Origin: Eledone cirrhosa
Lineage: Eukaryota
Direction: 5' to 3'
NCBI GenBank assembly: GCA_964016885.1
Contig: OZ024742.1
Location: 97,340,001-97,404,000 of the forward strand
Length of the DNA: 64,000 bases
Shown here: one piece after another, positions 25,843-40,200 of the stretch
How the letters are laid out: every line of letters starts with the position of its first letter
Numbering within the stretch: position 1 is the stretch's first letter
Program-made: the position numbers and the translations under genes
Notes under the pieces: generated by a model
The model's input: the letters and a program-made list of their open reading frames with translations, nothing else
What the model was told of the DNA's origin: nothing
The model's database searches: none

Positions 25843-26735
25843 TCTATATATATAAAACTGTGGTTGTCTGTCTGTCTATCGACATTTGGCACACATCTCC
25901 TCTTAGAATCTCTCACGGAATTGCACCGAAATTGCTATACTTGTACATTGAGCCTTAGCGAAGACATCGGGAAAAAAAAATTTCAAATTGACCCACCCTA
26001 TGTGACGAAATCGAATATAATGTATCGATTTTTGAGCGTAAGTGATCAGTTATTTCCCTTTGTTCTGTTTACATTGAGCGTCTGCGTGCAAAAATTAAAA
26101 AAATTACGCTGGCTTTCTCAGCGTTTAAAATGACATTAACACAATACACGATTTAAAGACTACGTAAAACAAGCCTTTTAAAACAATATTTTTACTTGAA
26201 AACAAGTCTATTTAAAAACTACTTAAAACAAGCAAATATTTCGTAAAAAAAAGCAAAAATTATATAAGTTTATATAAAATATATGTATCTGTAAATTTCG
26301 TTAGGCGTGCAGACAGACAGTCGTGCAGGGAGGTGATATAGGCGTGCAGACAGACAGTCGTGCAGAGAGGTGATATAGGCGTGCAGACAGACAGTCGTGC
26401 AGAGAAGTGATATAGGCGTGCAGACAGACATAACTGATAATTTGGTTATGCTAATGTTTTTCTCTGCGTTGCAGTGTTTACATTTTCGATCTTTGTTAAT
26501 AAATAACCAGTGCAGTTTCTATCCCCAGCATCCTCTTTTGTTATAACATTCGGGTTATCGTTATGTTTTCTTAACTTCATAAGGCATATTGTTGGTTGAG
26601 GGAATATTAATCAAAAACACCACATGCAAGTCTGCACAGTAGACACTACAGTTTTTAAGCCAAGAAAGAAACTTAACATTGTAACTTTAACACAGCTACT
26701 GAGCGACCCCGAGCAACGCCGGGCTTTACTGCTAG
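25843..26735 (+). mobile_element. Non-autonomous Helitron
   Basis: 5' A|TCTATATATATAAAA..(GTCT)n, 3' hairpin CCCGAGCAACGCCGGG followed by CTAG|T, inserted between A and T without a TSD. Confidence 0.8.
26302..26430. repeat. 37-bp minisatellite (3.5 copies) inside the Helitron
   Basis: TAGGCGTGCAGACAGACAGTCGTGCAGRGARGTGATA starting at 26302, 26339, 26376 and 26413. Confidence 0.9.
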
Positions 26736-26875
26736 TTAGGAATAAAAGAGTATTAGTGATTGTATGGGTTAGTATTCAGTTGTGGTTTGAAGTTTTTAAG
26801 TTTTTACCGGTTGCGCATTTCTAAATGCTTTTCAAAAATAATTTTGAGATAGAGTGTCCGTGTTGTTTGCTCTGA

Positions 26876-26907
<32 letters not shown>

Positions 26908-29900
26908 CATCATCATCATCATCATCATCATCGTTTAACGTCCATGTTCCACGCTTGCATGGGTTTGGACGGGAGTTTTCCCACTTGAGGCAAGAGTGGT
27001 TGTCTTGCTCGCATAGGACTGTCTGGCGGGTTTTCTACAGCTGGATGCCCTTCCTAACACCAACCACATTTACAGTGTGGGGCTGGGAGGTTTTTACCGT
27101 GTTGCCTACACGGCCACATTACAGCGTGGACTGTGTGTTTTTTGTCGTGCCATCTACACGATCTCCTTTGTTTCGGCCTGGATGTTGTGGCACCAACATA
27201 ACTTTACATTGAAAGGGGCAGTGTGGATGGGGTGGGGGTGGTGGGACGGGGGAGTATTTTGTTAGAGATGTCTACTGACTGTAGTAGGTTTTACTTTGTA
27301 TTTAGGTAAGGCGGGTCTTCTCTATTACTGCGTACCGCCAACGGTCTCGGTCCAGTGACATTGTCTTGGAGAGGTGTAAGTGTGTGAGGTCGGAATTTAT
27401 CAGCTCGTCCGAGGTTTTTGTGGGTCTGCCTACTCCGTGGCTACCGTCTATCTTTATTGCCCTGCACTTTGTTATACAGCTGTCGTCTTTCATGCGCATC
27501 ACGTGTCCATACCAACGTAGCCTTCTCTCGAGTGAACAACATCTAATCCCTCTTATTTCTAATTTTCTCCTTAGTTCGTTTATGCTTTGCTGTTCACGTA
27601 TATTACTATTACACATCCAGAGGAGCATGCAAGCTTCGTTCCTCTCTAGTCTGCGTATATCCTCTGCACACAATGCCCAGGTCTCACTGCCATGCAACAT
27701 TGCTGTTCGTATGCAGGCATCATACAACCTGCCTTTCATTCTTAGGGAGAACCCTTTAGCGGCTAATAGTGGTATAAGCTCTCTGAACTTTTTCCATCTA
27801 GTTCTGACTCTAGCTACTGTACTTTCAGAGCACCCTCCCCCACTGCTGATTTTGTCACCCAGGTAACGGAAGCTGACCACTATTTCTATAGAACCCTCTG
27901 CACAATTGAAAGAGCTAGTATTTTGTGGGCACTTGCTGCTACTTATTGCACCAGAGCACCGGCCACATGTAAAATCTATGTTCTTAGTAAGCTTACCTGT
28001 GATCCCACTACATCTTTTATGCACCCATACTTTGCATTTGGGACATAAAATGGAGTTTCTACCTATGCCTTTCCTACACACTGAGCATGGCCATTTCCCG
28101 GAAGGGACCGGCGCCTTATTTTCTTTCCTACAAACTAGAACTTTAGTCTTAGTCAGGTTAATTTTAAGGCCTTTTGATTCTAGGCCGTGCTTCCATGTTT
28201 GGAATTTCTTCTCTAGCTCGGCCATTGATTCAGCTATGAGCGTTAGATCATCTGCGTATAGGAGTTCCCATGGGCAGCCGGTCTTGAACTCCTCTGTTAT
28301 AGCCTGAAGGGCAATAATAAATAGTAGAGGGCTAAGAACAGAGCCCTGATGGACACCAACTTTTACGCTAAACTCTTAACTATATTCGTTGTTAATTCTA
28401 ACCTTGTTGACTGTTTCTTTATACATGGCTTGTATAGCTCTCACAAGCCATTCGTCAACACTTAGTTTTCTAAGAGCCCACCAGATAATGGAACGGGGGA
28501 CTCTGTCGAAGGCTTTCTCCAAGTCAACAAAAGCTAAGTATAGGGGTTTACTTTTAGCTAGGTACTTCTCCTGTAGTTGTCGTACAATGAAAAGAGCGTC
28601 TGTGGTACTTTTGCCTGACACAAACCCGAACTGCATTTCATCAGATCAATTCTCTCTCTGATTAGTTGCGCTATTACTTTTTTCGTGACCTTCATGACCT
28701 GGTCGATTAATTTAATGCCTCTATAGTTACACCTATCTAGGGCATCTCCTTTACCCTTGTAACAGTTAATGATGATGCTGCTACGCCAGTCCTTCGGAAC
28801 AACCCCATTCTGTATGACTTGGTTTACTATCCGGGAGACCATGGTGTGTCCCACCGTTCCAGAAGCTTTCAGCATGTCAGCAACTATTTCCGAAGGCCCA
28901 GCCGTCTTACCTGCCTTCATATCTTGATTGCCTTACTTATTATACTACCTTCGACTAACACTGCCGGTCCCTCTATTGGGTCGATGTGGGGGAGACTGTC
29001 TTTCTCCCATTTATTCTCCTCATTTAGAAGCCTTTCGTAGTGACACTTCCAAGCTACCTTCTTATCAGCGTCAGTGATGGCAAGTATGCCTTCATCATTA
29101 AGTACACACTTCTCCCTGACAATATCACGGTTTTCCTTGACACATTGCCTAGCAATCCTGAACACCTCACGTTTTTGGTCCTCGCGTTGTAGAACATGCT
29201 TGAACTTTCTTTCCTCTGCTTCCCTTCTTGCAAAGTACACTTGTCTCCTAGCTTCCCTCCTGGCCACTTGATAGTCTTCTCTACTTCCCCCATCCCGCCA
29301 TACTTTCCAAGCCTGATTTTTGGCCTTAATTGACTCCTCCACCTTACTGTTCCACCACCATGTTACTCTCCTCCTACCTTCAGGCCTGCTCCAGCCACAG
29401 ACTTCGTCTGCCGCCGTCAGCAGGTTTGCTTTCAGGAATTCCCACTGTTCCTCTATATTATACGACTCTAATTGCTCTTCCTTACTGTCGAAAGCATCAA
29501 GTAATATGCTTTTAAATTTATTTCTGGCTGTGGGGTCCTTTAGCTTCCATATTTTTCTCCTGAGGATAGTCCTCTTCTGCTGTTTAGTACGTCTCGTCCT
29601 GACTATGAGGTTGCTAATTATCTGTCTATGTTGGGAGGTGCATTCTTCATGGGGGTGGGATTTAGTGTTAACAACAGACACTCTGTCACGTCTTCTGGTA
29701 AGGATATAATCTACCTGGCTTGTGTGTTCCCCCGATCTATAGGTGATCGAGTGATTGTCTCGTTTTTTGAAGTTAGTGTTACAGATAGTTAGGTTATTTG
29801 CGTCACAGAATTCCAGGATTCTGGAGCCTTCCTCATTTCTAGTACCGAACCCATAGCCTCCATGGATTCCGTCATAGCCGTCACAATGTTGTCCAACGTG

Positions 29901-30182
29901 ACCGTTTAGGTCGCCTGCAATAATTATATAGTCACTGTCGGTTATTGGGGAGGTAGCGAGCATCAGTGTCTCATAGAATCTGTCTTTTATAGCGCCGGGC
30001 AGTCCGGATTGGGGTGCGTACGCAGATATTACTGTCACCGTAGTTCTATTGAGGACAAGTCTTATTTTCATTATTCTGTCGTTCACTCTATTTATGTCTA
30101 TTATCTTATCTGCCCACTTTTCTGCTACCATGATTCCTACTCCACCCAGCCCATTGTCATTCCCCACCCAGAAAAGCTTATA

Positions 30183-30183
<1 letters not shown>
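26908..30183 (-). mobile_element. RTE LINE family B, near-complete ORF (AP endonuclease + RT + PHD finger), disrupted
   Basis: EN motifs GVGI, SAYAPQ, GDLNGHVG, QVDYIL; RT motifs NYRGIKL, QFGF, AFVDLEKAFDRV, GVHQGSVLSP, LYADD, FRYLG. A few frameshifts and stops. The 5' truncation abuts (TA)n. Confidence 0.95.
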
Positions 30184-30217
<34 letters not shown>

Positions 30218-30241
30218 ATATACATATATATATATAAAAAT

Positions 30242-30331
30242 CTCAAACATGGAAATAGCTGTGAAACACCCAGCTGCTACATTCATTAAGAGGAATATTT
30301 AACCCGACTCTTTGCTATTTCCATGTTTGAG
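30242..30331. repeat. 18-bp perfect inverted repeat with 54-nt spacer
   Basis: CTCAAACATGGAAATAGC / GCTATTTCCATGTTTGAG, next to a (TA)n tract. Confidence 0.85.
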
Positions 30332-31007
30332 GTTACTACAGTTTTACAAAATATTTACATATGACAAGCTACTGCAGTTTTTGGTTACCACAATCTATTC
30401 ACAAAGCATTGTTCAGACTAGGGCTATAGTAATGAGACTGGACCAAGAACAACACGACTGAGAACCAAACTCCTTAACCACACATCAACACTTGCTCCTA
30501 TACATCCCTCATCCTATACTCGCCGAAACATAGTTTACATGAGACAAATCATCATTCTCTCCACCCCATAGGGTAGAGTAGAGAAGGCTCTTCAGTTGAG
30601 TAAATAATTAACAATTTCCCTTGTGATTGTGCCATGATAAAAAGCACCAAATACATGGTTGGTGATTGGAAGTGCATCCAATGCATGGCCACCTCTATAG
30701 TATTGGTGACATGACAAAATTCACCCAGTAGTACAGTCTGTAAGGTGTTGGATCCTATGTAAGCATGATGTCTGTTGCATTCCATCTGGGAGGTGGTCAG
30801 AAACTCTAATTAAAATGATGTGATCATCTTTCAACCTTTGGTAGCAAGGAAACATGGATGTTAAATCATGGTGGGTGTGTATGGTGATACATATACACAT
30901 ACATGCACATATATACATCCATATATAAACGGTATTGGGTGAGTTGTTAGAATGTCATATATAATGGCATTCATTTCGGCTCTCTTCTCTCTGGAGTTAT
31001 GGGACCA

Positions 31008-31420
31008 TACATACATACATAAATGATGGCTGAAAACTCTGCTAAGAGTATTGCAATTGCTTGTCAGATTATAGAGTTTGGTGCACTTTTAGGCTACAGC
31101 CAGCCCCACAAAACCTGTAACATATCCTGAACAAGCAATGCCTGTGTTTGAAGGTGTTTTAAGTGGGGAAAGGCCTTGCACACAACCAATCCCACTCTCT
31201 GAGCATTGAAAACACTACCCAAAAATGAGAAGTGGTCAACATCATCGGATGTTTTTTTTTTTCAGAGTTTCCCTCTCCTAGAAAGGTGTTGTGACACCAA
31301 CTGGACGGCCTTTCACACTCCCCGGTTAAAAAGAGTACTATTTGGATGGCCGTTGACTCTTTTGAATTCCTCTGCCCTTTGCCGGGTCTTGTATTTCATC
31401 CCTCAGGGTGTCCACATATT
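31008..31420 (-). mobile_element. Non-coding (TGTA)n-tailed retroelement fragment
   Basis: Shares GAGTTT.C.TCTCCTAGAA..TTTGGATGGCC.TTGACTC with 49800-49935, and has a CAGCCATC-(ATGT)n tail like 49445 and 50727. Confidence 0.55.
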
Positions 31421-32008
31421 ACCCATACATACATACATACATATATTCAGACACACACTTATACACACAGCCTTAAAATATTTTTAGACAATGTTTATGT
31501 TATTCCTATTGTTTCACATCAGATCTTATTGTTGTCTATGATTCCTTGTTTGTTATTGTCTTTGATATTTCCATGTATTATTCTACATTAACTTCCTAAC
31601 TCTTTCATTTCTCCTTTCCTTCTTCTTTGAGTAATTTTTTAATAATTTTCTTTTGTTTTTGAGGCAGTGAATTGGCAGAATCATTAGAATGTTGGATAGA
31701 ATATCCTGCTATTTCTTTCATTACACTTTGTTATGTTATTGTTTCTTTCATCACTCTTTCGTCATCTTGATATTTCTTTCATTAAATTTTTCCCTAGTAA
31801 TTTTTTGCTATGAATTTTTACTTTGTGACATTCCTCATACTCTCTGTGTTTTTTTCTTACTGATTAATGCAGTATCCCAACAACAAAAACCACAATGACA
31901 ACAACCAATAGAACAACAGTGAGATGACAACAACAACAGTTGCATGAATAGACAACACAAGGTAAAGCAAGATCAGGGCAAGGCACATTATATGTATGTG
32001 TGAGTGTG

Positions 32009-32067
<59 letters not shown>

Positions 32068-33412
32068 GTGTGTGTGTGTATATGTATATATGTATATATA
32101 TATCATATGTACACACACACACAAACACACACACATATATATATATATAATGTTTGTATGATTATGCACTGCAAAAATGCCATTGATTTCTTGCTGTGCT
32201 TTAGATAATGCTTAAAAGAACTTTATCCTTTTAAAACCCATTAAAACAACAATAACAACAATAACTACTATTACAACAACAAAGAAAACAAACAGGTAAC
32301 TAAACAAGAAAAACATGAAGGAATGAAGGAACTGATGATAAATTTTAAGTTCGGTAGTTCTGCTTGAATAATCAAATTTCATTAGGGAATTGAATTCAGG
32401 GTGTGCGGGTGGGTGTTTGTGGATGAGAGATTGGTATGGTTGTTGATGATGATGATGTGATGGTGGTAGTAGTGGTAATGGTGTGTGTGAGGGTTTGGTA
32501 TGGTTCATTGAAATGTGGAATTCAATTATGATAATGGTGATGATGGTAGTGGGGTGTGGTGGTTTTAGTGGTGCGGTGATGGTGGTGGTAACAATGGCAG
32601 GAAAATCTCTTTCAAGTAACTTTGAGTTTCTAATTCGGTATATATCATCTTCCTTTGTAGTTATTTTGTCACAAGTTGTTGATTTTGTAGTTTATTTTGT
32701 TGTTGTGGAGACCAGGTCTCTCATGCTAGAAAATAACCATTGCATATAGAATAATTACGTGCAATACACTAATATATTGTTCCAGATAAGCTGTGCCTTC
32801 ACATGGTTAATTGTATGAGGTGAAGGGTGGCAGTGTGAACATATTGTACACATTTCAATGTTCAGTGTAATATGTATTGTGCACTTGGCTATATGGTTAA
32901 GGAGTTTGCTTTATAATCATGAGCTTTAGCATTCAATCCATCTGTGATTTCTTCTAACCAATTTTAAACTTGATCCAGAAACTGTACAGAAGGCCAGTTA
33001 ATAGAATTTATCTGTTCTTTGGGAAATCTCTCATCCATTTCAACACTACCTTCTGACTCAAGTATCAAGATCAAATCTTTGATCTGAGTATAAGTATCTT
33101 GACATATTCATATATTGCTTCCTACTACAGAAACTCATGAGATGTAGTTTATTTCCCTCATCATACAACTTGCCTGTCTCAATTGCCCTTCAAACAGCCA
33201 TAATCTCCTTCTTCAAATGATGATAGGCATTGCTCTTTTTTGCCTAAACTATAAAAGATGTGCTATACGCCTATGTTAGGCAGTATATTGGCAGATTCGT
33301 TAGAAAGTTAGACAGAAGAATATTTTCGGAATTGGCAGAGTTGTCCAAATCCTGTTGAGGTTTACTTAGTCTTTCAACATTTCTGGGTGGATAAGTCAAG
33401 TATAGGAGTTAA

Positions 33413-33448
<36 letters not shown>

Positions 33449-33451
33449 CTC

Positions 33452-33489
<38 letters not shown>

Positions 33490-36357
33490 ACAGGGATGTA
33501 TGCACATGTAGTTTACAAGATGGACATACAGAATGAAATAACTAAAACTTTAGGGAGAGCACCGAAAAATGTTAGTTCCATATTAATTGGTATCAGCTTC
33601 TCACTTCTATGGCAGATTGTGTACCATGTACTATCTATATAGTATGTATTTTGTTCCATGTAGTTTATATGTTAGTGGTTGGTGTGAAAGGCAACCAGAC
33701 ATAACAACCGTACCAAAATGGGTTGAGAGGACTCTTCAGTTGTGTCAAGGATAGGAGAAATTTCCTAGTGTCGGTGACACAATAAAATGAAAGAAAATGA
33801 TGATGATGATGATGATGATGATGATACGAGCAGAATACATGTATGAAAGCTTGTGTTAAGTGCGTGTGGAGATACAGCTCTGAGCATGAAAACTTGTTCA
33901 ATGTATGTGTGGGCGTGTGTATGCACAATGTTTGGCATGAAGACTGGTATTAATAGTGTGTGTATGTGTATATATGTGTATGTGTGTAAAGGTCTTAGTA
34001 TGAAGGGCTGTGTTAGATCTTTGTGTACAGCTCTTATTATGAATGTTTATGTTTGTGCATATGTTTGTGTGAGAACAGGTTTCAGCATGTGGCTAGTGTT
34101 GGGTTTGTATGTGTCTGCATGAATGTAAACTGTGTGTACAGCCCTTAACATGAGGTCTTATGTTAATGGTGGGTGTGTGTGTGTGTACATTTTTATGTGG
34201 TGATGTATGTTTGTTATCATCTAGTTAATGTTTGTGGTGTCTGTTTGAGTGCATTTGTGAGTGTGTGTGTGTGTATGTGGGCATGCGCATAAATGTGAAG
34301 ATGTGTGTTTGTTATCATCTGGTTAAATTTAGAGGTGTGTATATTTGTAGGAATTATATAAGTTGTATTGTCTTCAGCTCTATTAAGAGAAACCATAGAG
34401 GAATGTAATTTATGAATATATCTGTAATTGCTGTATTTTATGGCTTTTATAATTTCCTAATTTTCAAATGTATTTCTTCATTCACAACAGTTGCCATGTT
34501 CCATACTGCCTTTAAGTCACCCTTTTATTTTATACATCTTCAGGTTAACCACACTTTTTTAATTCCTGTTTCATCACCATTTTACATTTGTGCTTCCATG
34601 CTTGTATGGATGGGTTGGTTGGTTAACCCTTTAGCATTTAAACTGGCCATATCCGGCAAGAAGTCTCTCCTCTTTCTGTTCAAACAAGCCATAATAGGCT
34701 GCTCATATATATGTTAAGGAATTGTTCTCAAAATAAATAATATTCAGATATCATAGATTCGATATTATGTGAGATAATTATGTGAAATAAAGTGTTTATC
34801 GTAAAAATGCAATAGTAAATATAGAATATTGCAAATGCTAAAGGATTAAGTTATTACAGACCAGGTGAGTTCTTAATCAGAAGCATTTCCCTCCTGTACA
34901 TGTGAGGGGATCATGTTTTGCTCACATACATTCAATTTTGACATGGCTTTGCCCTTCCTAATGCCAATCACTTTACAGAGTGTATTTTGTGCATTTTGTT
35001 CTGCCACCAGCTTTAGAGAATTTATGATGTCTTTGATGTATCTCATGAGCTGTCGCTACACTTACTACTCCTACTACTACTACTACTACAACAACAACAT
35101 TTCACTTATGCTTCCCATGCTACCATGTGTGGTTCAGATTGTTACAAACTAAGTCCTTACTTAATCTGAGATACTGTCCTCCAAGATAGGATGGAGAATT
35201 TATGTCTCACTCAGATACATTCCATTTTGATGTGGTTTTTACAGCTGGATGCCCCCCAAAATACAGAGTGTATTCTGTGCATTTTAATGTGGTATCAGTA
35301 CTTACAAGTTTATCATTTCCTTTACATGACTGAAGAGTCTTTTCAACACTATTTTAGCCAGGTTCCAACAGTTGGATATCCTTCCTAACATCATTCACTT
35401 TACAGAGTGTACAAGCTGCATTTCATTGTAGCACTGGCACTAGAGAGTATGTCATGTCATTCATATGTCTCATTAGTCCTACCTACTATTATATCACTGC
35501 CACAATCATTTTACATCTATTTTTGCATGCTAACATGGGTTTGACAGGTTGTTGCATATCAAGTCAGTACTTAATTAGAGCTTTTCTTTTGTAGATGGGT
35601 CAGAGGACTATGTCTGGTTCAGATACATTCCATTTTAGCATGGTTGCTATGGCTAGGTGAGCTTCCTAATGCCAACTACTTTACAGCATATACTGTGGCT
35701 ATACTTTCCTTGACATGACTGAAACATCTCAGCATATTCTAAACCAATGCCGTGCCCTAGGCCTAGAGCCCATCACCCTCCCTCTTCCCTCTCCCATTCT
35801 TCTGTGACTCTAGAGCCCTTCACTTCATTTTTCATTTTAAAATATCTGTAGTCATGTTATTTGAAATAGATTTGTTTACGATTTTTTAGATTTTTATTAA
35901 TAAAACATATTTAGCTTTTAAAAATTGTTTTTACATTTGGATATCCTGCCTAACATCATTCAGCTTACAGTACTAGGTGCATTTCACTATAGCATTAGCA
36001 CTAGTGAATTTGTCTTATTCTTGATGTGAATGAAGAATCCTCTCTAAATTCATATTACTATTATTTTACTTTTGTTTTCCATGCTGGATTAGTTTGTAGA
36101 GGTCTTTACCAACTGAGTCATAATTAATCAGAGCCACTGTTTTCCTAAATGGGTAGGGGCATGACTTCTCTCTCAAATACATTCCCTTTAGACTTTGTTT
36201 CTACAGCTGGATGCTCTTCCTATCACCTAAAACTTTGTAGAGTGCTTTAGTTAATTTTTTTGTGATACCACCTCTAGAAAGGTTGCCATATCCTTGATAT
36301 CTGTGTATATATGTGTGGGTGTGCATTTATGTATATATGTATGTTTGTTTGTATGTA

Positions 36358-37251
36358 TGAGGTGGTATCAAAAGTTTACAGACTAGTTCTGTAATGCGCC
36401 AACAGATGGCAACACACAGTTGCATGCAAAGTGGGAGCTGGCAATGACCTTCATGTGCCAATTTGTTGATTGACCTTGCTGTGTTCACTTCACAAGTTGA
36501 GAAATCTGTGTTTTTTTATCACATGTATGCTGTAGCCTGCGATTTTGTCATGAACAGAAAGTTAGAACAAAGAGGCAATGTGAAATTTTGCATTCAACTT
36601 GGGAAGTCTGCTACAGAGACATTGAACATGCTTTGGCAATGGGTGTACACACTGTTTTGAATGGAATGGACGCTTCAAAAGTGGAAGAACAATACTGGAA
36701 AATGACGAGTGATCTGGAAGACTACCATGAGTGTCACACCCAGAAATGTGGAGAAAATTAATCACCTTGTGTATGAGGATTATCGGAGGACAAGCAACGA
36801 TATTACTGATATTTTGAACCATTTAAAGGAGGGCATTCAGCGAAAGTGAATGGATCTATGGAGTGCAAAGAATTGGATTCTTCACAATGACAATGCTCCC
36901 TGTCACCGAGCTCTCCTCACTCATGAGTTTCTTGCCAAAAACCAATATTGTATCACTTCTTCAGCCACTTTACCTGCCAGATGTTGAACCTGTTAACTTC
37001 CATCTCTTCTCCAATTTGAAAATGCAGCAAAATGGTCGATGTTTTAATACCGTTGCTGAGATCCAGAGTGAATCGCAGAAGGTCCTTGACTCGCTTACAG
37101 AAAACGATTTTCAGGCCGGATTTCAAAAGTGGCAGGAATGCTGGAACCAGTGCAAGGTGACTATTTCAAAGGCGATGATGTTAAAACTTAGGTAAATATA
37201 TAAATTTTTTTTAAACATAATTAATCTGAGAACTTTTTTGATAACACCTCG
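36358..37251 (+). mobile_element. Mariner (Tc1/mariner) transposon, internally deleted
   Basis: TA-flanked TIRs (TGAGGTGGTATCAAAAGTT / AACTTTTTTGATAACACCTCG). N-terminal HTH EQRGNVKFCIQLGKSATET..RFKSG..SGR joined to LHNDNAPCH..PLYLPDVEPVNFHLF (YSPDLAP-like). About 0.9 kb. Confidence 0.9.
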
Positions 37252-40200
37252 TATATTAATAAAGTATCTTCATCAGAAGTAATTTTAGTCCACTGTTTTT
37301 CAATCAGGTAAAAACAAGAACTCAAACAGCATTTGAGAGATGTGGGATTCAATTCCTAGAAAACACCTGTGTCTGGTTTCCTTTGTAACAAGGAATATTT
37401 AACCTGCGTTTCTCAAATAATTATTAAAATGTTATTACAATCATCTTCTGCATTGAGACACTTATATTTCCAATAATAATAAAACATTGCTTATGACGTG
37501 AATCTATCAATTTCATCCATGACAGGATTTGTCAACATGTTATGACAATTGTGTCTTCAATATAGCATGCTTCGAAAGAAAGCTGTTCCCAATATATTTT
37601 TTTACTATTTGGTCAGAGAAGGAAAGGCAGCACTTATGCCCCTCAACTGGTTGTAGAAAAGGAAGAGTGTATCCTCAAAGTGAAAATATTACCTGAATGC
37701 ATGCAATAGAGTGAGTTCTGCTAAAAGAACATAAAGGCCAGCTGGTAGTATTAAAACAAGTGACAAATTAATTATACCATCCTAGCATTATTTGAACTCA
37801 AAGTGCTGGAACAAATACTGCATATGTACATGGGTGCATGTGTATGTATGTATATAATCAACAGAGGATCAAAAGGCTGGAAGGAATCTTCACATGTGTC
37901 AAATACATGACAACTTCCCTAGTATTTGTGATTTTCTTATTAAACACATTCAGTACACTCTGTATAGTGGTTGATGAATGGCAAGGAATCAAGCCTTAGA
38001 AAATTTGCCAAAGGGTCAGGCAGACTTTTCAGTTGTGTCAGCATGCTGGGTCCATGACAAAATGCACTTGGTAGAGCATGAGAATTTATTAGATGTTGAC
38101 ACTATCCCAACTAAAAGATCAATAACTTCACTTAAATACTAACTCGGTCTGTAAAAACCTGTCCAATCCCTACTAGCAGGGAGACTGATAAAGAATGGTA
38201 AAAATAAAAAAAAGTCCTCCTTCAATGTGGTTCATTGCAATATTTTTTCAGCATCAGTCTGCTCCTCAGAAACTTGTAACCAGTGATACTATTGTTTCTC
38301 AACTGCTCTATAAAATAAATAAAGAAAACACTCTTTCTCTTTATCTAAACGGCTTTGATTTTGGTGACATTTGTAGGAAATTGTGAGAAAATTTTGAAAT
38401 TGTTATTAAATCTATATTATTCAATCTATAGATTATTTCTATTTCCTCAAACTGTCTTCGACTGTAAGAAATAGACATGCATATTGTTCATGTTCTAAGT
38501 CGTGTTTCCTGGCAGATGTCAGTCTTAACAGACATCATCAACTTTTATTTATAAGTATTTTAACAAGTGTAGTTAGCTCGCGTTTGATAATATATTCTGC
38601 AATTGTCTATTATTGACTTTTGAAGATTCAATCCATGGATAAGTTGTGAAATAGTTCACTTTTCAATCATCTGGTTTGATCTCATCTCAATCCAACTGTG
38701 TAGAGTCTTGAACAAGTATCTTTTACCATTGCCTCAGGTTGAGCCAAACCTGTTAAATGAAATTGTATAAATAGTTGACTATTGGTCAGAGACAATAGAT
38801 GGTAAGATAGAACTCTTACTGGCTACATGTCAATCTCTCTAGAGTTGGTACAATGATAAGATGCACTCATTTTATCATGTGAAGATTTCGAAATGCTGCC
38901 ACAATAAATAGCACTCAATAGACACTGAAAAATGTGAGTTAAGGTGCCACAATAAAATATAGCCAGTATGCTCTGTAAAGTTACTGACATAAAGAAGGTA
39001 ACACAGCTGTAGAATCTATGCTGAAAATGGAACATATGAGCATAATCTGGCTCTCCAATTAGTCTAGTTTGGGATCATGATAACCCATCCAACTCATGCT
39101 AGTTTGGAAAATAGACATAAAATGATGATATTGATGACGAAGGAAAATATAGAGATGCCTGTTAAATGGACTCTACGTATAATTCAATGGTCAAACCTTG
39201 TCACATATTTTGTTATGCCGAGTCAGCCTGGCAGTTATGTTAAAGGTAAACATGTATATGGAATATTTTGTCACTTATATGATATTTCAATGAGGAGTTA
39301 CTTCAATTCAGACTGTAACTCTGAATAACGACTAACATGGACTTAGATAGCCTGTTCAGCCTATGTCAGCATAGAAAATGAATGTAAAATTAATGATGAT
39401 GGTGGTGTTTGCTATGTTCTGAAGTTATTTACGAGTGACTTTAGTTTATAAGTGGTTAACAAGTTTACTTAATTATCATCCAAAATTTTAGAATGTTATA
39501 GGTACATAGCTTAAATACAACCACTTTCCCCTATTTTCCTAATAATCAGCTAACCTTATATTTTCCACCAATTTTCTTCTGCCTTAGTTATTTGATGTTG
39601 CCTAACCAGCATCAGCTTTGCCAATGCATGACTTTATTGTAGGATTGTCTTAACAGCATTAAAGCCTCCCTCCAACAAAACAAGTTATTTAGGCCACTGG
39701 GCAATGCCTGTGTGCCCATGCCTTGAGACAGCACTGCTTTATTCCCTAATTGTATGGTGTCATGTTACAAGAGCAAACCATTTAATTTTCCTGTCTTGTT
39801 ACACTTGAGAAAAGGGTTTCATAGATTGCAGTTACAGTGAATGAAGGTGGTTTCATACATGAGAAATCATAAACAAAGTCTAAATCTTCTATACCAAGGA
39901 TTTCCAAAGTGGGTACCACCACTTACTTAGGGACACAGACACTCATAGGGGGCACTAAAAAAGCAAGGAGATGGGGGGTTGTCAGAAAATGGTATGGAGA
40001 AATGAAGGAGGAAAGGGAGAAAGAGTTCATATCTGTAGTTGCTTCTATAACTGTCAAATTCAGTTATTCAAAAACTGCTTTAAAAAATAAATAAAAATTT
40101 AAGTTTTAGTGCATACTCTGCCCCTAACATCCTCTAAGAAGAAGAAGAAGAAGAAGAAGAAGAATTGCCTAAATATTGGTGGTGGAATGACAAATACAAT

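Noticed and set aside
27366-29709. Long plus-strand ORFs over the RTE copies (also at 53.7-54.5 and 58.4-60.0 kb)
   Set aside because: Antisense shadows of the LINE ORF with no independent motifs.
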